Shown piece by piece: positions 25,336 to 36,975 of a DNA stretch of 64,000 nt. Under the pieces are notes generated by a model that saw only the letters and a program-made list of their open reading frames with translations, ran no database searches and was not told the origin of the DNA. The stretch is from Haliotis rubra (taxonomy: Eukaryota). The stretch is taken from assembly GCF_003918875.1 (NCBI RefSeq), contig NW_025764929.1, forward strand, positions 186,001 to 250,000, in the 5' to 3' direction. Positions within the stretch are counted from its first letter, which is position 1. Every line of letters begins with the position of its first letter. The position numbers and the translations under genes are program-made.

Positions 25336-26221
25336 GCCTTTGATGCTTGAGTGTTGTAGTTCTAAAACATGTTTCTTTCTTGTTTATCTTAGTATATGAA
25401 AACTGGAAAGGTCTTTACAACGCTTTGTGATAAAGTGTTAAAATTTCTGTATTTGAGGGGTGTGTGACAGTGTCAGTTAACATTCTGTCAATATCCATGC
25501 CATTCCACACATGCAGGAAGATATCTGGATATTCTTTCATTCATTCACATGTAATGTCTTCCTATAATTCATTCATTCATTCACACATTGTTAAATTGGG
25601 AAGATAATTTAGAAATTGAGAGAAAAGGGCATGGGGCACTCATAAGCATAACAAACAGAAAGGCAGAAACATAATGAGACATTTTAATTTGTAACATATC
25701 ATTTCAAGCATATATCAAAATAGCTGAATAGTCCCATACTTCTGTATGGCTCTGAGGTTTGGGGACTACAAACATTTGATACACTAGAAAAAGTACATTT
25801 ATATGCAATAAAAAAGATTCCTTGGTGTGAAAGTTACCACTGGATATATTGGAATAAAAAAAAGACGATAGAATATGTGAAATGTGTGACTTGAATCTAA
25901 TTGAAGATGATTATGATTTTCGTGTTTGTCCAGCCTACCACAATTTAAGAAATAAGTATATTAAGAACTATTACTTTGTACATCACTATTTATAAATTTA
26001 TATCTCTATTAACCTACCCTAGCAAGGAACACCTGGAAAAGTTGTCGATGTTCCTATACCATGCCTTTCTTCACAGGAGAAATGTACTCTCTACTGCCTA
26101 ATAACAATATAGTCAGTATACATGTACTACAGGCCTGTGGCCTCTTAAGTGCAAAATAAAGACTTGATGATCAAGCTGAATAGTCACATAAACAGAAAGT
26201 CACTGAACAAAGCAGTGTCTT

Positions 26222-27261
26222 TTAGTCCTTGATGGAACCACGAAGAGATCTAGACTTCTTCCTTGGCGCTCTCTTAGCTTTCAAAGCCCTGCTTGCCTCT
26301 CGCTCCAGTTTTCTTGCCATTGCATGTGACCTTACTTTAAGAAACCTTTGGACGATCTCTTCCAACAGTTGACTACTGTTGTGCGAGTCTCCGACAAGAG
26401 AGTTCCAATACTTAATCACCAAAACATTGGTTAGAATGGCCTCTCTTAAGGACTGGTTGCCCATTTTGCCAGTTTTAAGCACGGGTACAGCCTTCCTTGC
26501 TTCTGTCTCAAATAGTCTGACAATGAGAAAGAAGGAGTCACAGGGTTGCTGGAGACCACCTCTGTCAATTTTATGTGACCACTTCCTTACATCGATGAGA
26601 AAGTTTTCCTTCTTTGAATCTGATGTCTCCACTAACTTGCTTATTGCTGACAACTTCTCCTTGTCCTGTTTAGCACTTTTCTTGGCAGAATAGATAAAAA
26701 ATCCTGCAATCAGATGCAGCACACTCTGATCTTGTTGGCTCAGTTCAGAATTCTGCTTTTCTTGGTCTTCCTCACATTTCTCTAACAGCAGCCTTATCGT
26801 AGCACTGACAACACCATCAATGAAACTTGTAATGAAAACAGGAACAAAACTCTCACTATTTCCAAGATCACTGCTGTCACAAATATCCCCTTCAACAGAA
26901 TCTAGTACATCAAAGTTCATTTTCAGTTTGTGTAATTGTTTGAAAAAAGCCTCACGCTCAGAACTGTTGAATCCGGATTTGCCAAAGTCCCTGAATATTT
27001 CTTTAAGATGGGTCGACAGTGGCTCTGTGAGTACCCCACTTGATTGACCACTAATTTTTTTTGCAAGGAAAACAATATGATATCCATGGGCTGATTCTTG
27101 CATCGTGTGGTATAGGCTGTTTTCCATCTCGGTAAGGGTGACCGAAGTAGCTTCTCTAAGAACTTGTTCGAGATCATCTGGCAACCAACTTGTTTGCTGC
27201 TTTGTTGTGTCTTCTTTCAGCACGACACCATGGTCTACTGTCAGCTGTAGATGATCTGCTG
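26222..27261 (-). CDS. P-element accessory gene B, exon 2 (domain resembling the P-transposase C-terminal region)
   Basis: Acceptor ttttgtttttacag|C at 27262/27261, phase 1, in frame with exon 31679-31934. Motifs LSQQDQSVLHLIAGF, KWSHKIDRGGLQQP, FLKVR and a basic tail. Confidence 0.8.
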
Positions 27262-27540
27262 CTGTAAAAACAAAATTATGTACATTATTAAATCATCATC
27301 AGTATCAGTATCAGCAGCAGCAGCAGCAGCAGCAGCAGGGCACTGAATGAATTAAAAAAGCAATATGAATTCAGACTCGACATTCAACAATAAACTGAAC
27401 TGTTTATACACTTGTACCTACTGTCGAATGTTTATTATGTTTATTATGTTGTCAATATTCTGTTTGTTATTGCATGAAAGATGTTAAGTCCATTAACATT
27501 ACAAAACATGAAAAATATATCAGTCTGTTTCTGCTTACAG

Positions 27541-27665
27541 ATGCCACGGAAAGTCAGAAAGAAGATTGGTCGAAAACCAAAGAGAGACATAAATAAGACG
27601 CTGATAGCTCCTTGGGAAACTCATAATAAATACAACTACTGTCCACATCAAAGTTTTGATCCAGG
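27541..27665 (+). CDS. P-element transposase, first coding exon (basic, NLS-like MPRKVRKKIGRKPKR)
   Basis: ttacag|ATG ... CCAGG|gtaagt, phase 2. Splices in frame to 28324 (cttgcag|G) and ORF 28364. Confidence 0.75.
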
Positions 27666-28323
27666 GTAAGTATTTTGGCTTTGATTTACGGGAGAAGGCA
27701 CAGCAACTGCCATTTTGAAAATGTTTGGACATTGTTTGGTCATCTGTAGGTCATATCACAAACTACGGCACATTGCCACACTAGCTCATGCACAAAATGG
27801 ATAAAGCAAAAACATCCGAAGTAGGAATTACTGCAGGTGTAGTTTATTTACTGAAGCACTTCACTGCTAACATATGAAGAAACTGTCCATTTTTAAGTAA
27901 AGATGATTTGTAAAAGTGTTTAAGTGTCATTGCAAATGTCATCAGTGCTGCTGTTTCGGGGTTTCTAGATTGTGCTGCCAAGTTTAAGATGTCCTAGTTT
28001 GTGCATTATTTAATCGTTGAATAAATTAATTCACACTTTTTGATTAACGATTATACAATAAGAAGTATGTACATATTTTCAGAATAAATTAAATGGGAGC
28101 TGTCCTAAATGCTGATAAGATTCTATTATTGCGAGAAATGAATTATTAATTTTTGGGGTATGCCGATGTGCCTTTACTCCACACCAAATTAATACCTTGT
28201 TTTCAAGAATTTTTTAGGTTCGGAGGGAAGTAAATAAGTCATACTGATTAACTAAAATAATGATAAAACCGATTCAATAGTCACTCATAACTATGTTACT
28301 GAAATTAAACTGGTTTCTTGCAG

Positions 28324-30939
28324 GTCCAGAGATTATCATGATCATCAGGACTGGTCGACAGCAATGCTGAGATTCTTCAATACACACAGCCAATCTCAAG
28401 ATGAACAAGAGTCAGAGCTGACAGATTCAGATGGAGCTACTGCCAATGAGTTCTATGTCATACTAGAGAGGCCATATATGTATCATCCCGATGAAGATGT
28501 AGACAGGTTTGTCACAAGACTTTCTCAAGAGCGGCCCCAACAAAAGTTTGCGGCTTTAAGGAAGAGTGTAAATGACAGTTCCAGAATCTTTCAGAACTAT
28601 TCAATCATCAACACACAAGGGTCTATGAAACTACTTCAACTTTATCCATCAGAGATACCTGCAGTGAAATGGACTGTGTCTGTTAATTCAAACTGTGTTA
28701 TGTCTATTTCTGTGCATCGTAAGATCATACCATCTGACCAAGATTTCTGGCTAGGAATCCCTAACATTGCTCATGGAGCAGCTGACATTAAGAAAGTGAC
28801 AGATAAACTTGAAAGTTTCAATGTTTGTTGTGGTAACTGGGAAAATAAGTATGTTGACCTTATTCCACCTGGGGCAGTGATTACCAGTAGCAAGTTCACA
28901 ACCTCTGCATTCAGAGAAGATAACTGTGGTTCAACTCATTATTCAGCAACAATTCGAAGCACAAAATGTTCCTTTCTCGTCAGAAACTCAGAACGATGCC
29001 AACCGTGTGTTGTATACAGAGGATCTCTATGCAAGAAGATATATCGAAATGAACATTCACCCCCAAGTTGTCCGGAGGATGCTGTGAAGTGGAATCGTCC
29101 CCATGAAACAATGTCAAGGACTCAGTTAGTGGAAAAAATAGGACATTTGAAGAGTACCAATGAAGCTTTGGTGAAGGACAATACCAAACTGAGAAGGCAA
29201 ATCCAAAAACAGATTGCTGCAAATGGTCAAATATTCAGTGAATCAACCAGTAATGAACTTGTACAACTAGTTGAAAGCCACACAAAAGAAGTTCACCAGA
29301 ATTACCCTGATGAAAACACTCTCCATCGCCTGTTTTGGGATGAACAGCTGAAATACAATCAACTTAGGGATAAGAGGGGCATGAGATGGCATCCCATGAT
29401 TGTAAAATGGAGCCTGTATTTACAACATAAGAGTCGGAAGACGTATGAAGCCTTGAGAGATTCTGGATTTATAACCCTTCCGTCAAATAGAACTCTCTTT
29501 GATTACTCTCATGTGCTACCAAATCAACTTGGCCTCAATCCTGAAGTGACAAGACATCTCATCTCCGAAATTGCTGGTTACAACATAAAGTGTAATGAAC
29601 ATACAGCATTTGTTGGTCTATTACAAGATGAGATCAAGGTCAAAGAAGGTCTTGTTTATGACAGTGCTTCAGATGAACTTATTGGCTACACCGACTTTGA
29701 CAAAACATCAAATAGCCTAATTGACTTGGAAAATGTCTTCACAAATGAAACAAGAAAACTTGCAACCTCTATGCTTGTGGTAATGGTGCGTGGAATTACA
29801 ACAAGTTTGAAATATCCATTCGCAGCTTTTGCAACCCTTGGTGTGACAGCAGATTTACTGTACAATATTATCTGGAACTGTGTGAAAACTTTGGAAATTG
29901 ATTGTGGACTTAAAGTACTGTTTGTAACATCTGATGGTGCCTCTCCTAATCGGAAATTCTTTGGCATGCACAAAGAAGAAAATTGCAATTAACTACCAAC
30001 TTACTTCACATGGAATACATATGCAACTCCTAGGCGTGAATTATTTTTTATATCTGATGTTCCACATTTAATGAAAACTACACGCAACTGCTTTGCAAAT
30101 TCAAGTAGCCACAAACTATCCAGAAAATTGTGGAAGGATGGAAAGAACATTTCATGGATGCATATAGTGAACCTATTTGAAGACTACTGTGAAACCAATT
30201 TGTACAGGCTTGTGCCCAAAACTGACCAGAGCTCATGTGGACTTAACAGCATTCTCACAGATGAAAGTAAACTTGGCGCATTGGTGGTTTTGAGTAAAAC
30301 TGTTCGCGGATGCTTTGGAAGAATTATATGGCGATCAAGTGATAGAAACGGTGAAATTCATAAGTCATATGAATAAGTTCTTTGACTGCTTGAATGTCAG
30401 AAGTCTATCTGAAGGCAGAAAAACAAGAAATAGGGATCGTGATATATATTGTGAAGGAGATGATGACCGCCTCACTTATCTTATGAATGACTTTCTTGGG
30501 TACTTTGATTCATGGAGAGTAAGTGTGACCAATCGTCCTGGAGACTTTACAAAGGGACAAAGATCATCTATGATGCTTAGTCATCAAACTTTAGAGGGAC
30601 TCCAAATATCAGTACGATCTATAGTGGAATGTGTGAGGTTCATGCTCAACGAAGGGGCAGATTTTGTACTGACACATAGGTTTAACCAAGATCCCCTGGA
30701 AGAACATTTCACAAGCACTATAGACAAAAGGGTGGATCAAATGAAAATCCCTCGGTGTATCAAGTGCTAATACTTTGTGCACTATGAGAACTGTGGGATC
30801 TCAAGCTATTGCAACGGTTCGGGGCAATATTACCAATAAACGCCGCTCTGCTGGGACAGTAAACCAACAACCATTGCCCAAAAAAAGAGGAATGTATAAG
30901 TGTAACCTGAACTCAGTCAATATGACTCAGACAAAGTGA
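28324..30939 (+). CDS. THAP9/P-type DDE transposase, main exon (in-frame TAA at 29990 plus several indels 30220-30770)
   Basis: RWHPMIVKW..YEALR..ITLPSNRTL, LLQDEIKVKEGL (D1), VTSDGASPNR (D2), SDVPHLMKTTRN, QMKVNLA, RFNQDPLEEHF (E), GGSNENP, VRGNI..PLPKKR. Confidence 0.9.
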
Positions 30940-31678
30940 CTTTGAAACAATGCCCAATGTGACTTGGAAAACTATACGCAGTGTTTAGAACAAAATGTCA
31001 GACCATAGGACTTATTACTTTGAAAAATCTACAAGTCCTTTAGGAAACCTTCTTGCTTGATTTTTAAATAGAAAACTAAGAATTCATAATAGATTTTTCT
31101 GCATTTAAGTTATAGTTACTCACACATTGTCTAGTTGCCTTCCAAAAACTATCCAATTCTGAGTACATCCTGGCTATAAGTATGTCAGATTGTCTGAATA
31201 AAATCAGAAACAATTATACGTTGCCATGTCATTTGGTGTTATCTATTACCTATTAGATTGTATTGTACACAGGTCACCTGCAGTGAAATCCTACTTGTAC
31301 TCATGGTTACCAAGAATACCTATGTAATTATCATTTTTTATATTTTTTTTATCCAGATACCTACATATTGTACATATTTCTGTACATATCTCCACTTAGA
31401 AAACCAACTTGCTGTCTGTTTAATCCTATAAGACATTTTCTTCAGACCAAAATAATGTAAAGTATTCACAAAGGACAGTTGTTTACATTTTGTAGTCCAT
31501 GTTTGTAATATCAAATAATCATATGTATGTTTATGAAGACAAGATTATTACTAGAGGTCTTATCTATATTCTCACATGACTCATATTGTTTTCATTTCCT
31601 AAAATAAAAGGATTCAGGTTATTTTCCTTTCATGTTTCGTCTTGTTGTGTCTGTTTTTTAAATTGTAAGTAAATTTAC

Positions 31679-31934
31679 CTTTCAGATCCTTTCTGTTATG
31701 CTTCTTCAGAACATGACTTCTGAAACCTGACTGAGACTTGTAGGTCTTGACACATAGAGGGCACTTGAACAATGGGCCGGTCTGCTCACTGTCACAGGTA
31801 TGCTTTCTCTTAGCCGCGACTTCCACGTCTTCAACACCCTCGTCTTCTGATGAACTGTGGTCGCTCCTGAAATCGCCCAAAAAGTCTGCTAACTCCAAAT
31901 CTTCCCAATCGATAAAATCACTGTTCTTCGCCAT
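31679..31934 (-). CDS. P-element accessory gene B, exon 1 (acidic N-terminus plus C2H2 zinc finger)
   Basis: ATG 31934, FKCPLCVKTYKSQSGFRSHVLKKH, donor AAAG|gtaaat at 31679/31678 (256 nt, phase 1). 256+1040 = 1296 nt = 431 aa + stop. Confidence 0.8.
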
Positions 31935-33781
31935 AACGTTACGTTACGTTCATATGAATGTTTCTTAAATATATAGCAAAACATGAATGAACTTACCTTC
32001 TCAACTCATGCTAACTGCGTAAAAACATCCTCAAATCCTCCTGTAATCCACACATCTATCAGGCGGCGACAGGAAGTGTAACCAGGTTGTTGTGACAACA
32101 TTCAAGGGGGCCTACTCCAATTTACCGAGCATTATTCCGGCAGTTGCCGATAGTTTCCGACTGATACAATAAACTGGCTGAAGTACTGTTAAACGCAGCC
32201 GAAGTTGCGCTGGGAACGAACCAAGTCACTGTGTGCGTTGGAGCATGACGAGGCACACGTTAATTAGTACAAATGGTAAAGAAAGCAAGCGAGTGACCTA
32301 TCCCTGTTGTAGAGTATCCCTGGTTACACCAAAGACCCGGGTTCGATTCCCCATATGGGTACAATGTGTGAAGCCATCATCTGACAAAAAAAACAACTAA
32401 AATAATAATAATAATCAAAACCGTAATTTTAGGATTCTGGCACTTGTAAGGAATGTGACCCAGTGAGTAAATCACAAAGAAACTACCCCATGAAATGGAG
32501 GACATGAAATTGAATGAGGCATAATTATTACCTTGGACAATAGATCCGAAGGTTTTATATTCATATCTTCCTTGGGACAATACAACCAAAACTGCCTGTG
32601 AGGCTTTAGAAGGCTATCTCATGCTCATGTGTACCCATGCATTCCTTGTTGATAAGAGGCAAACATTAAAGTCACTTTGCACAAGTAGACACCATATGTG
32701 TTAAAAGTCCTTCAGTGTTGGACAGGACTGAAGTCCCATAAACACTCAAGAGCCATAATGCTCATGTCACCCACACCGTTAGCCATCCAAGGACTCTCTG
32801 TCACTCTGCTTCCAGTGTTGCTTAACTGCACCTGATTTGTCACCTGATTTCGCTTAACTCAGGACCATATACTACAACCTTTCTGATGCTGTATTTTGTT
32901 TTGTTTAACACATCATGATGTTACTCATGAGACAGAAATAGCACATAAAACTGGCGGCACTGATCCACCCTCATTAGTTATGTTGACACAATGATCTGTC
33001 AGAGGCATTAAATTGAAATGAAAACTGTTGAAAATAAATTTGTAACATACAACAGAGGCAGCAAATGTCTGATGTAATATTGAAATGCTGAATATCATCT
33101 GTGGAATTTAGATTTTACTGCCCTTCCCTAAACATGGGAAAAACAGTTTTGTCATACTCATAGGTTTTTTTTTTTAAAAGTTTCAGGATGGGACCGTTTA
33201 TACAAGGCTGGTTTTAACAATGTAAGAGTGACAAGATGATTTGAAACCTATAGTAAACAATTTACATTGTTCTGTATAGCTGTCATGGTCAGCAGATTTG
33301 GAAGGATATATCATATGGAAATGAAAGTTGGAGATGATTACCCATGACTGTTGGCTGAATAACCTGGTACAAGCAGACGAATCCATGTCAAATGTATTTC
33401 ACCGGAATAAATTGTGCATCGTCCTCCTAATATCAAGCTGTATCATAGACGTAAGCATATTGTTGACTGCAAGTGTGTCTGGGCGAAAATGTCTTTCGCC
33501 AATCTTCTCAGAATCCAACTTGCCCGGAATGTCTGTCTAGTAAGCCAACAAGAGTTCTTCCCCTTGAATTCTAAATGTTCAACGCAAGGAAACGAATGTT
33601 ACCTATACATTGAATGTCAAAACCTAGGGAATTGCTTAATATATTCAAGCAAACTTACAAATATGTTCATCAACTTGTTTGTATTGTAACTATATGTTAC
33701 AACAAAGCCAATGCCATATGCATTAACACATCATAAATCCGTATTTCAGTCAATGCGTTGTTTTTTATATAACCTTCAAAG

Positions 33782-33859
33782 ATGGCAGCCCCCATAGGAA
33801 TCATGCTGAGGTCTTATGCACCGAGCTATGGGCTATTGCTTTCGAAAAACATTTGTCCG
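33782..33859 (+). CDS. MRPL50: Mitochondrial ribosomal protein L50, exon 1 (transit peptide)
   Basis: aaagATGGCAGCC start, MAAPIGIMLRSY..., donor CCG|gtaag, phase 0. Confidence 0.7.
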
Positions 33860-34082
33860 GTAAGGTTTAATTATGCTTTCTGATACACTTTGCATTTCCT
33901 GTACCAAAACTTTACAACTTATACTGCCTCATCTTAGATCAACATGGTAACGTGTCTTGCATGTAACTGTTGTCGCACTAGCCGAGAGCGCTTGAGATAA
34001 ATTGATCATCACAGAGTCTCAATCTCTCTGACAGTGACAGAGGCTCGTTTCGCAAACACGAAGCAAAAACGTATAGGTAATA

Positions 34083-34246
34083 GTTCCGCCCGTATCCCCC
34101 GCTTGAAATGTATTCTATGTATTAGGATTATTTCGAGGGGTTAGGGGGCTAGGGTTAGGTTTAGGCTTTTATGAAAAACAAACAAACTTAGGCCTATATT
34201 CTTAGGCATGGAATGATTTTAAAATGCAGGGGTTACGGGCGGAACT
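34083..34246. mobile_element. Small inverted-repeat element with internal TTAGGG-like repeats
   Basis: gttccgcccgtatcccc ... ggggttacgggcggaac flanking ggggttagggggctagggttaggtttagg. Confidence 0.6.
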
Positions 34247-34744
34247 CTTTCCCAATAGATATTTAACTTCCTGCTATTATTTCCGTTATAAACCGATAGG
34301 ATGTTTTCAAAATCAAAACTGTTCCTCTGGGGTCTTGCTTCAAATATAAATTTTGATTTCATTTTAAAAATTCTTTAGTAGAACCAACAATTTGTTTTTT
34401 CACACTTATAAACGATATCAGTAACATAGGTGGGTCCATTGGTGTAGGTAAAAGCTCCTTTTAGCAAGCTGTACTTTTCGGCACCAATGAAATGCTTGTA
34501 TGCTAGTTGGGAATTCCCCCCAAATTAATGCTCTCGGCTTTTGCCATGTTATAGGCACTATTTGGACAGTATGAGAATATCTTTGAAAACTGTTGAATGT
34601 GTTTTTGGAAAAGGTATTGGGCCAAACATTTCCAAATGACTGTAATTAGCCAGAATGAGGTAGTAAGAAGTTTTCCACAAGCTTTTCATTTCTGATGCTT
34701 ATTGACATGTTCAGTCATACAATTTGTTATGCTATCTGTTTCAG

Positions 34745-34875
34745 GTCGTGACTCAAAGCAGGTCATTATTCTGGCGGAAGAAGAAGACAGAGGATGAGGA
34801 AGGAAAAGTTAGAAAACGAGTGAATTTGGATGGTCCAACTACCTCTGACCGAGTCCAGTCACTGAAAAAGAAAAC
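34745..34875 (+). CDS. MRPL50: MRPL50 exon 2
   Basis: tttcag|GTC ... AAAC|gtaatg, open and phase-compatible with neighbours. Confidence 0.75.
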
Positions 34876-35294
34876 GTAATGCAAGAGAGCTACAACCAAT
34901 ACAGGGTTCATAAGCCATATATACATTAGAAATTTAAGCATCAGGGGCATTTCCCCCCAACCTTTTTACTTCATGATTTATATGCATCCCCCTTCTTAAA
35001 TGCTGGATCAGCCCCTGTACATATCCAGCCATTGCCTTCCAGTGTACAAGGCAGACATCATCATGGCTGCAGTACATATCTTACACACATCATAAAGTGA
35101 GAAATAGTACTGTTTGTCTGATCACTTGTTAGCTGAATTGTTGCTTAAACCAAGTGTGTGCCTGATTTGTTGATTAAATAGTTAAAAACAGAGACCATTA
35201 TGCAAACATTTTCATGGTATTGCTGCAATGTAGGGTCTACAAGAGCTGAAGGATTGATGATGAAGATGTTGTCATTTTGACCTCTGTGTTGCAG

Positions 35295-35433
35295 GTCAGT
35301 GAGGACAAACAAAGCATACGACCCTCCCGCTGACCTGGAAGGGAGGTTGGAGCAACTTGTTACTCAGGTGTGTGGGGACAGTGTTGGAGAGTGGAGGCAG
35401 GTCGACCTGGCTGACAGGAGGGTCAAGTTCAAG
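35295..35433 (+). CDS. MRPL50: MRPL50 exon 3
   Basis: KAYDPPADLEGRL...WRQVDLADRRVKFK|gtgag, typical of mL50. Confidence 0.88.
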
Positions 35434-36329
35434 GTGAGCTCTAGTCACACAGTTGCATGATGCAAATGTAACTGTATTGATTCTTTGATGTTACTTACAG
35501 TCCAATGAAACGTTACTGCCTTAAGTTTTTGCTAGAATTTGACTGCAGGGACCACTTGTGAGGTTTACTGCTCAAAGTTTATGGCCATTAAGAGATTATT
35601 GTTCCCTCCCAATGGCCTCATCCTTTTGGCACATCCATTTTGGGTTTCTTTTGGAAAGTTCAGTGGTCTAGGGCTCAATATAAAACACAGTTATGATCAA
35701 AGTTGGTATATTTCTTCAACATGTAGCATGCACACTGCTTTGAAAATATTACCTCAAGATTAGTCAAAGGTCAATTTAGCATTAAGGTTATATCATTATC
35801 AGTTTTTGAGGCGTGTTTGCCTGAACAGGCATGGAACTATATATTTACATCATGTACATACTTACTTATAATTTCTGTCATATCAAACATCAAGTACTTT
35901 TATGTCAAAGGTGAAAGTAATATTTTAAGAAGTTGTTATCAGTGGTTGTATCATATGTTATCAGGAATATTTATTGCCATTAGAGGATAACCTGGTCTTT
36001 TCCTCCATGTACAGCAGTAAGACATGGGTAATTGTTGGATCTTGAGAAATTGTCTTGAATTTGGTTTACAGGTCTGTCCACTATTATGTTAGTGGACTGG
36101 AAGTATATGTTACATATTTAAGCATTGAGTAAATAGTGATGGGTGTCCCAGTGTTCTAAGGCAGCCATGCAGAGTTGCATCTCTAAGGCAGAAACAATTG
36201 ATTAGGATGATGACAAATGCCTTCTGAGGACCAGAGGAAGATCACGAGTCACATAATTGATTCACCCTGATTATAGTGTTTGGTTTGTCAGTCTCCCACT
36301 TCAAACCAACACATCATATCATAGCTCAA

Positions 36330-36975
36330 ATACTGTTCATAGTTGCTATATATTAAACCAGTGACTATGATAGGTATTATATGTAGGGGTGAAACGGTAT
36401 GGTACGTATTGTGGGACAAGGCCTTCAGTTCGAACCGAAGGCAAAATACCACAGTTCTACTAATATCGCGCTTTACCGTTTCAGCCCTAGTTATGTGGTC
36501 TCTGATCAAACTCAAAAGGAAAGTATGCTTATTCCCTAACACATCGTGTCATAGCTCCAATACTATTAAATATATTAAACCAGTGACTTTGATAGGTATT
36601 ATATGTAGGGTGAAACGGTACGGTACGGTACGTATTGTGGTACAAGGCCTTCAGTTCGAACCGAAGGCAAAATACCACAGTTCTACTAATATCGCGCTTT
36701 ACCGTTTCAGCCCTAGTTATGTGGTCTCTGATGAAACTCAAAAGGAAAGTATGCTTATTCCCTAACACATCGTGTCATAGCTCAAATACTATTAAATATA
36801 TTAAACCAGTGACTTTGATAGGTATTATATGTAGGGTGAAACGGGACGGTACGGTACGTATTGTGGTACAAGGCCTTCAGTTCGAACTGAAGGCAAAATA
36901 CCACAGTTCTACTAATATCGCGCTTTACCATTTCAGCCCTAGTTATGTGGTCTCTGTATGCTTATTCCCTAACAA
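36330..36975. repeat. ~226-bp tandem repeat (~2.8 units) in an MRPL50 intron
   Basis: tattaaaccagtgact at 36351, 36573, 36799. Confidence 0.92.

Larger units (their letters stand above)
24188..32322 (+). mobile_element. Full-length P-superfamily DNA transposon (8,135 bp) with two interleaved genes
   Basis: TIRs 24188-24219 (cagggagactctataagagggagtggtcactc) and 32291-32322, 27/32 identical. 7-bp TSD gttacac (24181-24187, 32323-32329). Removing the element restores a SINE. Encodes a THAP9/P-type DDE transposase. Confidence 0.93.

Noticed and set aside
28364-29992. Domesticated host THAP9 gene
   Set aside because: It is bounded by TIRs and a TSD, inserted into a SINE, has no THAP domain and carries lesions.
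24188-32322. Kolobok, Harbinger or hAT assignment for the two-gene element
   Set aside because: The 7-bp TSD, CA...TG termini and DE / SDG / DxPH / QDxLE motifs are P-superfamily features. There is no TTAA or 3-bp target.
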